Below are positions 11,501-18,641 of a stretch of 64,000 nt of DNA, piece after piece. A model generated the notes under the pieces. The model was not told the origin of the DNA and did not search any database. It was given only the letters and a program-made list of their open reading frames with translations. The translations under genes were made by a program, and so were the position numbers. The DNA comes from Candidatus Dojkabacteria bacterium (lineage in GTDB: Bacteria > Patescibacteriota > Dojkabacteria > J137): positions 208,174-272,173 of the forward strand of contig JBDTVZ010000002.1 in the NCBI GenBank assembly GCA_040006935.1. Direction: 5' to 3'. Positions within the stretch are counted from its first letter, which is position 1. Each line of letters begins with the position of its first letter.

Positions 11501-11725
11501 TAAATTGGGAATCGTGGTGAAATCTAGGAAGGAAACTAATGCATCTTTTGGGAATGAATTTAGTTTAATTAAATTCTCTTGAGTGTAACTATCTACGATA
11601 ATTACATATCCTCCCTGTTCTATTAATGAATCTGCAATTTCAAGACCAAGTTTAGATAATCCACCAATGATTAGAGATGTTGGATATTTTATTGTATTTT
11701 TTAGTCGGTATTGTTCTGGAATCAT
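8579..11725 (-). CDS. large membrane protein: N-terminal NAD(P)-binding SDR/epimerase-like domain + single TM + DUF4012-like ectodomain
   Basis: N-terminus IIGGLSKLGLEIADSLIEQGGYVIIVD (Rossmann). TM at PLEAGLILLSFGILISFYLYIFSPVIVIA. Later KVYLFVLLDNTRLKPIGGDIAAFALVTVNKGSVTD matches the LxLxQNxxELRxxGGxIxxfg core remembered for DUF4012. Confidence 0.6.
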   Translation of the reverse strand: MIPEQYRLKNTIKYPTSLIIGGLSKLGLEIADSLIEQGGYVIIVDSYTQENLIKLNSFPKDALVSFLDFTTIPNLDEEIRRLDYVFYFAHDTGDTVAQISTQDFLNFSNYYDSTLKLATKFDAKVLLTTSIKAHQRVLANDELGSSYTPDAAAKHKVYTNLELQRYAESLSMEYFERVNLDVRIVRLAEIIGDGIDFNKNTPFVDLILSAAKEENLKLKKDGLDTEFLVHVLDAAYGIIKAQFSPNTKGNIYSLSYDNQFSHLSIAYKIQEVEENAQNIEFIDEKDNLPTIKFYKPAPNLSQIGWTTRVPFEKAIKQSIAAGKIYLLEMSTSTKVSGSKNFVDKLKSFVDLADKNQSQTSEMDDTTGPVSRLIAERKRQEDDRKRQIEYAANTIRDKRKRKPRTFTERFTNWSWEKVRLVGQTFSIFKNKTPLEAGLILLSFGILISFYLYIFSPVIVIAKEFLLILPEYQSLEINIQNSRMDLVAGDADRIKNSLSNIDTVVTRFELPARIIALGKNYNEVKKGISAFKLYAEGVSNMAYATAPFYDYLANFKNNTQLRAGSDSYLAVSNNGADYSSYLKILEDRSPFLALGKDKVDKSIELIDNVDSSLYPSFIQNKFVNLRKNVENSNHWSESTVSAENISDLLGYKSAKVYLFVLLDNTRLKPIGGDIAAFALVTVNKGSVTDVVVNSASDFTPDLSAVSEADLKQINNRKYTYKTLQNLTLTDIGDVSDFNEYQSIMKKVFASSFKKEVDGVVAINYSALDNIDKQVFTGKKLEVNNVNFADGNFLTNLESVQDANPSLASKYRISAQLLAYTFNSILSDTQANLPVLFNVLNNEFNNKNIYVQTESLDYSGFIAESDLDGNKINSTDMYFKPAVNVEDTKVVNPNKYPSISVDSQILITNSSDLTYKVSMTFPNIGNSQEVSLCLPLSVPNTNISFEDFPAERVVINSTDSEKCAAFRVVSESKVTVKWNIPNQGRVIDDKILLSLGQAKPKGSFATSYLTFQTDISNKILSSSPSLDLSSNPVTFTQSLFDDQLIDLTIKR

Positions 11726-11726
11726 A

Positions 11727-12410
11727 TTATTCTACTGTGACTGGCAATATCATTAACTGCGCTTCTAAATTTAAATCGTAATTTTTTAATCTATCTCTCT
11801 CTTCTTGTTTATCGGGAAGAATAGTGAATTCTAATGGCTCATATCCGGATTTAAATATGCTAATTTTCCTTTGTGCACTTAAATCAATTTTTGTTGAAAA
11901 TTTATTCTTTACACTTGTATTAACTGCAATTGAATCTACTTGAATTTGAGCATCTTCGACATTTAAAGATATATTTAATTGGCTTGCTGCGTTCAAATCA
12001 GTCTTCTTTGTAGCAAAAATAAAGTGTCCTTCTGAGAATTCTTGCGATGGGCCAAGGAAGTATGATGTTACAACAGTATTCCCCTCTTCAAATGTTATTA
12101 ATTTACTAAATGTCCAAAATTGATTTGGTGTATCAGATTTTCTTAAGATGGAAATCATTCTTTCTCCTGGATTCACAGTATCGTAGAAAAATGGCGATTT
12201 TTCTGGAGTTACAGTTCCTACACTTACTCCATCAATTTGAATTTCTAATTCACCCGCTAAGGAGAAAACTTGAAGTCCTGATATGGAATCAGGTTTTCTT
12301 ATCCCAAAAAGATTTCTAGGATCAAAGTTGAAGTAAAGCCATGGGGACCAGAGTGCGACTAAAGTGCACAAAAGTGAAATCACAACAAGTAATGTGACTT
12401 TTTTCAACAT
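11727..12410 (-). CDS. hypothetical exported protein, tightly coupled to the downstream SDR-DUF4012 gene
   Basis: N-terminal signal/TM MLKKVTLLVVISLLCTLVAL. Its stop lies 1 nt from the next start. PEGA-like beta-rich segments. Confidence 0.4.
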   Translation of the reverse strand: MLKKVTLLVVISLLCTLVALWSPWLYFNFDPRNLFGIRKPDSISGLQVFSLAGELEIQIDGVSVGTVTPEKSPFFYDTVNPGERMISILRKSDTPNQFWTFSKLITFEEGNTVVTSYFLGPSQEFSEGHFIFATKKTDLNAASQLNISLNVEDAQIQVDSIAVNTSVKNKFSTKIDLSAQRKISIFKSGYEPLEFTILPDKQEERDRLKNYDLNLEAQLMILPVTVE

Positions 12411-12610
12411 GACTACAATATAACTTATACAAGATAACTCATTCTACATTATTATAGGGAGAATTCGTAGTAATTTGAAGTGGAATTTCTAAGCGAAACA
12501 TCTCCCTCTCCTTTTAACCTGCCTGCTGTCAGGCAAGGGAGAGGGTTGGGGGGGGTGAGGTCATAGCGCCCCGGAACCAATCTACAGACTTTGGGCGCTT
12601 CTAATTATTA

Positions 12611-14005
12611 TCAATACCTATAGTGATCTGCTTTATAAGGTCCATTCGGTGGAACATCTAAGTAATCTGCCTGTTTTTTTGAAAGTGTTTCTAATTTCAC
12701 TCCAATCTTTTCTAAATGTAATCTAGCAACTTCTTCATCGAGATGTTTTGGAAGTCTGTAAACTCCTACTTCGTATTCTGAAGTTTTTGTGAATAATTCA
12801 ATTTGAGCTAAAACCTGGTTTGTAAAACTATTAGACATTACAAAACTTGGATGTCCTGTTGCATTACCTAGATTAAATAATCTTCCTTCTGAAAGTAGAA
12901 TTATTCTGTTCTTATTTGGTAAGTGAATTAAATCTACTTGTGGTTTTACATTTTCCCATTTATATTTTTTCATTGCTGCAACTTCAATTTCTGAATCAAA
13001 GTGACCAATATTTCCAACTATTGCGCAGTCTTTCATTTGAAGCATGTGCTTTTCTGTAATAATGTCTACACAACCAGTACATGTTACAAAGATATCTCCT
13101 ATTTTACAGGCTTCATCCATAGTCATAACTTGAAATCCTTCCATTGCTGCTTGTAGAGCACAAATTGGATCTACCTCAGTTACTACAATTCTTCCTCCCT
13201 GTCCTTTGAAAGATTGAGCAGTTCCTTTTCCTACATCTCCATAACCTGCAACAACGACAATTTTTCCAGCTATCATTACATCTGTTGCTCTCATCACTCC
13301 ATCAACCGCCGAATGCCTGCAACCATAGAGGTTATCGAATTTAGATTTAGTTACGGAATCGTTTACATTTATTGCTGGGAATTGTAATTCTCCTTTTTTA
13401 AACATATTGTAAAGTCTATGTACTCCTGTTGTAGTCTCTTCACTTACTCCTTTAATATCTTTAACTCTGTCTGAGAAAAATGTTGGATTCTTTTTTAGTG
13501 TTTTATTTAATTGAGCGAATAATACTTCTTCTTCCTCACTTTCGAAATCTTTCTTCAGTAAAATAGACTTATCTTTTTCTGCACGTAAACCTAGATGTAA
13601 GAATAATGTTGGATCTCCCCCATCATCCAAGATTAAGTTTGGACCGACATCTTTTCCCCAATCTAAAATTTGTTCTACATACTCCCAATATTCTGTTAAG
13701 TTTTCGCCTTTGTATGCAAAAACAGGAATTCCAGCCTGTGCAATTGCTGCTGCAGCATGGTCTTGTGTCGAGTAAATGTTGCAAGTTGCCCATCTGATTT
13801 TTGCGCCTAATTCTACTAAAGTCTCGATTAAAACTGCAGTTTGAATAGTCATGTGAAGAGAACCTGTGATTCGAGCTCCTTTTAAAGGCTTTGTTTTGCC
13901 ATATTTTTTTCTTAATGCCATTAACCCTGGCATTTCGACTTCTGCTAAATTCATTTCTTTTCTACCGAAATCGGCTAGTTTGATGTCCTTTACTTTGTAT
14001 TCCAT
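12611..14005 (-). CDS. ahcY: adenosylhomocysteinase (S-adenosyl-L-homocysteine hydrolase)
   Basis: [32 protein letters not shown]..., NAD-binding GYGDVGKG, 464 aa full length. Confidence 0.95.
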   Translation of the reverse strand: MEYKVKDIKLADFGRKEMNLAEVEMPGLMALRKKYGKTKPLKGARITGSLHMTIQTAVLIETLVELGAKIRWATCNIYSTQDHAAAAIAQAGIPVFAYKGENLTEYWEYVEQILDWGKDVGPNLILDDGGDPTLFLHLGLRAEKDKSILLKKDFESEEEEVLFAQLNKTLKKNPTFFSDRVKDIKGVSEETTTGVHRLYNMFKKGELQFPAINVNDSVTKSKFDNLYGCRHSAVDGVMRATDVMIAGKIVVVAGYGDVGKGTAQSFKGQGGRIVVTEVDPICALQAAMEGFQVMTMDEACKIGDIFVTCTGCVDIITEKHMLQMKDCAIVGNIGHFDSEIEVAAMKKYKWENVKPQVDLIHLPNKNRIILLSEGRLFNLGNATGHPSFVMSNSFTNQVLAQIELFTKTSEYEVGVYRLPKHLDEEVARLHLEKIGVKLETLSKKQADYLDVPPNGPYKADHYRY

Positions 14006-14021
14006 AAAAAATTATTTACAA

Positions 14022-14972
14022 TTAAAATTTTAAATCTTTTTTATTTATTTTATATAACTGACCACCGTATTCTTCCACATTTCTTGCTCCCATATATGCT
14101 CCAATTTTACAGGATTCTTCTACGGTTTTATTATTTAATAATCCATATAATAACCCAGATCTAAAAGCATCTCCAGCTCCTGTTGTTTCGACAACTTTAG
14201 TAGGTTTAACGGCGTCTACGTTTATTTCTCCATCTTTTGAAAATACAACAGATCCATCTGCTCCTCTAGTTTCAATAATATAACTCAACCCAAGATCAAG
14301 CAGATCCTTGATGCTATATCCGAATAGGGTTTTTAATTGATTTACTTCTGTATCATTACCAATGAAAATATCTGAGTGACTTAAGCATTCTTTTAGAATA
14401 TCTGGCTTATATAGAATTGAAAGTACTTGAGAAGGATCAAATATAATTGAGACATCTTTACCTAACTTATTTCTTAATTCAACCATATGATTTCTTGTGC
14501 TCTCTCCATTTCCTGGTGAGAATATTGCATATTTTATAGAGTTGAAATCATTTTCTTTTAAAGTATCTTCCAATTTTAAGTTTTCAATAAAATCATAATA
14601 AACATTAGGTTGAAAAATTCCAATTTGTTGATATTCTTCATCTGAAATTCCATAAAAAGTTGAAGTATATGCTCCTTTTTGAACTTTTAATCTAAGTTCA
14701 ACATTATGTTTTTCTAAATGGTCCTTATAGTCATGAAGGAAATCATCGCCAACTACTCCATGTAATATTGGATTTCCACCTAGCAAGCCTAAACCATATG
14801 CAATATTTCCTGCAGTTCCACCAAAATACCTTTCTTTATTCTTGGCAGTAAACATCATTGAAATTTTCTGAATTTCTCCTTCCTTTATATGAAGTTCATT
14901 TTTTATATTCCCATGGATAGCAAATATCACATCGTATACAACTGAACCTACTATTAACGCTTTGTTGGACAT
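14022..14972 (-). CDS. PfkB-family carbohydrate/nucleoside kinase (adenosine kinase-like by context)
   Basis: DTTGAGDAFRSGLLYGL is the ribokinase-family anion-hole motif. It lies 16 nt downstream of ahcY. Confidence 0.8.
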   Translation of the reverse strand: MSNKALIVGSVVYDVIFAIHGNIKNELHIKEGEIQKISMMFTAKNKERYFGGTAGNIAYGLGLLGGNPILHGVVGDDFLHDYKDHLEKHNVELRLKVQKGAYTSTFYGISDEEYQQIGIFQPNVYYDFIENLKLEDTLKENDFNSIKYAIFSPGNGESTRNHMVELRNKLGKDVSIIFDPSQVLSILYKPDILKECLSHSDIFIGNDTEVNQLKTLFGYSIKDLLDLGLSYIIETRGADGSVVFSKDGEINVDAVKPTKVVETTGAGDAFRSGLLYGLLNNKTVEESCKIGAYMGARNVEEYGGQLYKINKKDLKF

Positions 14973-15036
14973 TTAAAGAATTTAACAAATTAGTGTGATT
15001 ATATTATAAATATGCTTTGATTTCTGAAATTTCTAT

Positions 15037-15068
15037 AAAAAAGAGCTCAGTTTTTCTGAGCTCTTTTA
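15037..15068 (-). terminator. intrinsic terminator downstream of trxB
   Basis: Perfect palindrome aaaagagctcag-ttttt-ctgagctctttt. On the minus strand the stem is followed by TTTTTTATAG. Confidence 0.6.
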
Positions 15069-15079
15069 AATGGTTCCAA

Positions 15080-16009
15080 TTACATCAATCCGCTTAGCCA
15101 TCTTTCTGTAACTATCGCAGCTTTACATCCTGCACCAGCCGCTGTGATTGCTTGTCGGTAGAAGTGATCTTCTACATCTCCAGCTACAAACACTCCCTCG
15201 ATATTCGTATAAACTCCATTTTTTGCAATTATATATTGCTCTTCATTTACTGTTATTTGATCTTTTAAATATGCAGTCAATGGAACATGTCCGATTGCTA
15301 AAAATAAACCATCTGCTTTTAAACTTGATTCTTTATTTTCTTTATTATTAAATAAATTTAAGCCAGTCATTACATCAGTTCCTGTGACTTCCCTTATTTC
15401 TGTATTATAAAGTACTTCAATTTTTGGATTTGCTAAGACATGTTCTTGCATTATTTTACTTGCTCTAAATTGATCTCTTCTGTGGATTAAGTAAACTTTA
15501 GATGCAAACCTAGTTAAAAAGCTTGCTTCCTCCATTGCAGTATCTCCACCGCCAACTACTGCCACATCTTTATTTCGAAAGAATGCCCCATCACAAGTTG
15601 CACACGCAGAAACTCCTTTAGTCCAGTAAGTATCTTCTCCTTTCACTTTTAACATTTTAGGTGTAGCTCCACTGGAAATTATCACTGCTTTTGACTGATA
15701 AACTTTATCTGCAACGTAGACTTTTTTAATTTCTCCTGTGAGTTCCACTTTTGTAACATCTTCAAATTTTACTTCGGATACAAATCTCTGAGCTTGCTTT
15801 AGCATTTCATTCATCAAATCTGGTCCTTGTATTCCTTCTGGAAAGCCTGGATAGTTTTCTACTAAAGTTGTAGTCATTAATTGACCACCCCAAACCGTTC
15901 CAGCGAGAACTAAAGTATTAAGTCTCGCCCTTCCAGTATATAGAGCTGCAGTTAAACCAGCTGGCCCAGATCCTATTATTATTACATCGTAAATTTGATT
16001 ATTATCCAT
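15080..16009 (-). CDS. trxB: thioredoxin-disulfide reductase
   Basis: YDVIIIGSGPAGLTAALY (FAD) and CATCDGAFF (redox CxxC). The start is set at the internal MDNNQIYD. The ORF extension to 16150 has no homology support and overlaps shared repeats. Confidence 0.9.
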   Translation of the reverse strand: MDNNQIYDVIIIGSGPAGLTAALYTGRARLNTLVLAGTVWGGQLMTTTLVENYPGFPEGIQGPDLMNEMLKQAQRFVSEVKFEDVTKVELTGEIKKVYVADKVYQSKAVIISSGATPKMLKVKGEDTYWTKGVSACATCDGAFFRNKDVAVVGGGDTAMEEASFLTRFASKVYLIHRRDQFRASKIMQEHVLANPKIEVLYNTEIREVTGTDVMTGLNLFNNKENKESSLKADGLFLAIGHVPLTAYLKDQITVNEEQYIIAKNGVYTNIEGVFVAGDVEDHFYRQAITAAGAGCKAAIVTERWLSGLM

Positions 16010-16018
16010 ACTATTGTA

Positions 16019-16040
16019 TTGTTGAAATGTTTCAAAGTTG
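16019..16040. promoter_or_regulatory. palindromic motif TTGAAATGTTTCAA (within the 19-mer GTTGAAATGTTTCAAAGTT) upstream of trxB; second copy 16622-16640 upstream of trxA
   Basis: Exact 19-mer shared by both thioredoxin-system upstream regions. Arms TTGAAA/TTTCAA are reverse complements. Confidence 0.4.
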
Positions 16041-16094
16041 TAATGTTCAAAGGTTAACGTTACAACTTTACAACCTTTAAACTTTAAAACGCAA

Positions 16095-16487
16095 TTATGC
16101 TGCCATTGGCATTGACTCAGAATCTGTAGTTCCTGCTCCACCAAATGCATATGTATTTATAAAATCTTTCATCATTGGCTCACTTAGTGCTCCTGCTTGT
16201 TGAACTTTAGACTCTCCATCTTTAAACACCATTAACGTTGGGATACTCGATATTTTATATTTTCCTGTAATTGCTTGGTTAACATCTGCATTTACGTTTA
16301 CAAATTTAACTTTGCCTTTGAAATCTTCAGCAGCAAATTTATCCAAAATCGGTTCTATTGCTCTACATGGAGGGCACCAATCTGCTCCTACCTCTACAAA
16401 CACTGGGATAGATTTAGATGCTTCTACAACTTCTGATTCAAAAGTTGCGTCTGTTACTGCCATTGGTTTTGATACTGTGTCTTCCAT
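16095..16487 (-). CDS. trxA: thioredoxin (CPPC active-site variant)
   Basis: FVEVGADWCPPCRAIEPILDK, a Trx fold with WCPPC instead of the canonical WCGPC. The start may be at 16463. Confidence 0.85.
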   Translation of the reverse strand: MEDTVSKPMAVTDATFESEVVEASKSIPVFVEVGADWCPPCRAIEPILDKFAAEDFKGKVKFVNVNADVNQAITGKYKISSIPTLMVFKDGESKVQQAGALSEPMMKDFINTYAFGGAGTTDSESMPMAA

Positions 16488-16688
16488 TTTTTTATTTTAA
16501 TAATTTAAGGTATTTAATCATATCAGTGTCGTCAAGAGTTAGTCAAACTGATACTCCAATTTATTAATGGGCTAAGGCTTTGTTGGGTCTAGAAAAATAA
16601 ATTGTGTTTAAAAGTTCTAAAGTTGAAATGTTTCAAAGTTATGATATTCAACATTTCAACCTTAAAACATTCAAACCTTCCAACCAGT

Positions 16689-17486
16689 CTATTTATTCCC
16701 GAAGAAGCATCCTAAATCTAACACATCATTAATACCTGAAGTTGGACAAATTCCATCTCCTCGTCTAGCAAAAAAATCTTTCGCTGGAGTTTTTACTGCA
16801 GAATCCAGGAAATCTAAAGGCTTATTCTGCACCGAAGTTATATTCCAGATAGCTACTAATCCTAAGTATGAAATTCCTAAACTAAAGATCAATATTAGAG
16901 TTTGAACAATATAAGATTTGAGATTATTTCTTTTTTCAATTTTCTCTTTTCTCTGTTCTCTTTTCTCATATAGTTCCTCGCTCGCAAACTTAAGTTGTTG
17001 AGAAATCCACCAGCCAATTCCTATTCCAAAGATTGCCCCTGTGATAAATCTTGAGAAATTATTACTCACATACATTGGCATTCCTGTTAAATCTCCTAAA
17101 GGAGAAATATTTAAAAAGGTAAATATAGTTTGAAGACCACCATCCAGCGCTATAGGTACTACGAACGGGGCTACCCAATACCATTTTAATTTTGATAATT
17201 TATTATATTTAACTAAAAAAGCAGTTGTGAAAATTCCTAACCAGATTCCAGTATCTCTTGCACACCAAGCATATTGATAATCGAAAATATCGATAGATCT
17301 ACTTGCAAATTGATGACAGAAAAAACTATAAATAAAGTATATTGTTTTTGCTGGACCAGTTAAACCTATTTTTAAAAGTATAGGTGCAAGTACTGGTAAA
17401 GTTGCAAGAGTCCCTAAAACAGTTAGATAAATGTTATAGAAATCTTTAAAAAAGTTTTTAGTTTTTAAACTTAAATTTTTGAACAA
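16689..17486 (-). CDS. DUF2085-like integral membrane protein
   Basis: CHQFASRS....WCARDTGIW matches the CHQ...CARCTG pattern of DUF2085. Multi-TM. Confidence 0.5.
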   Translation of the reverse strand: MFKNLSLKTKNFFKDFYNIYLTVLGTLATLPVLAPILLKIGLTGPAKTIYFIYSFFCHQFASRSIDIFDYQYAWCARDTGIWLGIFTTAFLVKYNKLSKLKWYWVAPFVVPIALDGGLQTIFTFLNISPLGDLTGMPMYVSNNFSRFITGAIFGIGIGWWISQQLKFASEELYEKREQRKEKIEKRNNLKSYIVQTLILIFSLGISYLGLVAIWNITSVQNKPLDFLDSAVKTPAKDFFARRGDGICPTSGINDVLDLGCFFGNK

Positions 17487-17495
17487 TTTTGTAAT

Positions 17496-18200
17496 TTAAG
17501 AAATTATACTTCCATCAAATTCGTCACCATTTATAGCTTTTTCTAGATTAGTAAAATCTGACCCGCTTAAAATTCTGAAATTCAGATCATTCTCTTTCGC
17601 AAATTCTGCAGCCAATGGATCGACTGGAAAACTTCCACCCGGTTTATGATTTTCTGGATTACCGATGATATTTAAATATTCACTCCATGTCAATTTTGGT
17701 AATTTTTTGGCATCTGGATTTACATCTGGATCGGAAGTATATACAGCACCAATATCTTTTAAAGATATTACACTTGTAGCACTAGCATGTTTGCATAAAT
17801 AAGCTGCGTCCCAGTCACTACTTGGACCTGGATTTCCACCTCCTGCAATTAGGATAGACTTGCTAAAAACAATTGGTTGATTCTTATCAAAATCCTCAAG
17901 TGCAAATATTTTTTCTTCGGCTAAATCCCCAAATACTCCCCTTAATATTGTTGCATTTAAAACACAACTTGCTGTTCCTACATAATGCTGATCGTAAATG
18001 GAAAGATTTTGTTTTGCAAGCATTGCTTGGTATTTTCTAGACAGGTAACCACCGCCTGCGATTAAAATAAATTTAATTCCTTTTTCTATATGCTTTTGCA
18101 ATAAAGACTTAATTCTATTAGCCTCTTCGAAGTTAAAAATATTTTCTTCTGAAGTAGAAAAGGTGGAACCACCTACTTTTAATACAATAATATTCTCCAT
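17496..18200 (-). CDS. amino-acid-kinase family protein, archaeal-type UMP kinase-like
   Basis: LKVGGSTFS, AGGGNPGPSSDWDAAYL and IGAVYTSDPDVNPDAKKL parallel the GGG..G.STD..AA and VDGVYSADP motifs of archaeal PyrH. Confidence 0.55.
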   Translation of the reverse strand: MENIIVLKVGGSTFSTSEENIFNFEEANRIKSLLQKHIEKGIKFILIAGGGYLSRKYQAMLAKQNLSIYDQHYVGTASCVLNATILRGVFGDLAEEKIFALEDFDKNQPIVFSKSILIAGGGNPGPSSDWDAAYLCKHASATSVISLKDIGAVYTSDPDVNPDAKKLPKLTWSEYLNIIGNPENHKPGGSFPVDPLAAEFAKENDLNFRILSGSDFTNLEKAINGDEFDGSIIS

Positions 18201-18421
18201 GAAATTAGTTAAGATTTATAATTTATAGCACAAAATAATTAAATACTAAAATCTAATTTCTAAGTTCTAAACAATTTCCTAAATTCTAATTTTTAAACAT
18301 TTTGTCATTTGAATTTGTTTAGGATTTAGAGTTTAGTGCTTAGAGTTTGTAATTATGGAGACACCTCTCTACAATTCAACATATCTGCCAGGCTGCCCAA
18401 ATACACGACGAGCGTAACGAG

Positions 18422-18504
18422 GAGATGTAATTTTGCGCCTACTGGTGTTACAGCCTATTGCGGGATTGCCGCGCCTCGCTCCGCTCGGCTCGCAATGACA
18501 TCTC
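18422..18504. repeat. MITE-like GC-rich element with imperfect terminal inverted repeats (GAGATGTaATT..GCG / CGCAATGACATCTC)
   Basis: Contains the 13-mer ctcgcaatgacat (also at 37551-37563 reverse-complemented, and 37902-37913) and gtgttacagcctat (also at 22583 and 29046). Confidence 0.55.
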
Positions 18505-18641
18505 AGATATTGTATAATCCCTCTATGAAATCAAGAAACTCACAAATAAATTCTCTTCAATGGCTTTAAGCCAAATTTTCTACGCCCACATTTCCCAACT
18601 GATCGATAATTTTGTAAAATACTTTAATTAATTAAATTAAT

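Noticed and set aside
16010-16150. N-terminal 47-aa extension of trxB in the ORF call
   Set aside because: Homologues begin at MDNNQIYDVIIIGSGPAG. The extension has odd composition (MHLVEQELQILSQCQWQHNCVLKFKGCK) and overlaps the shared palindromic promoter motif.
18336-18569. 77-aa ORF in the trpS upstream region
   Set aside because: It is entirely composed of the GC-rich repeat element, with an Arg/Ala/Cys-rich composition typical of GC-island artefacts.
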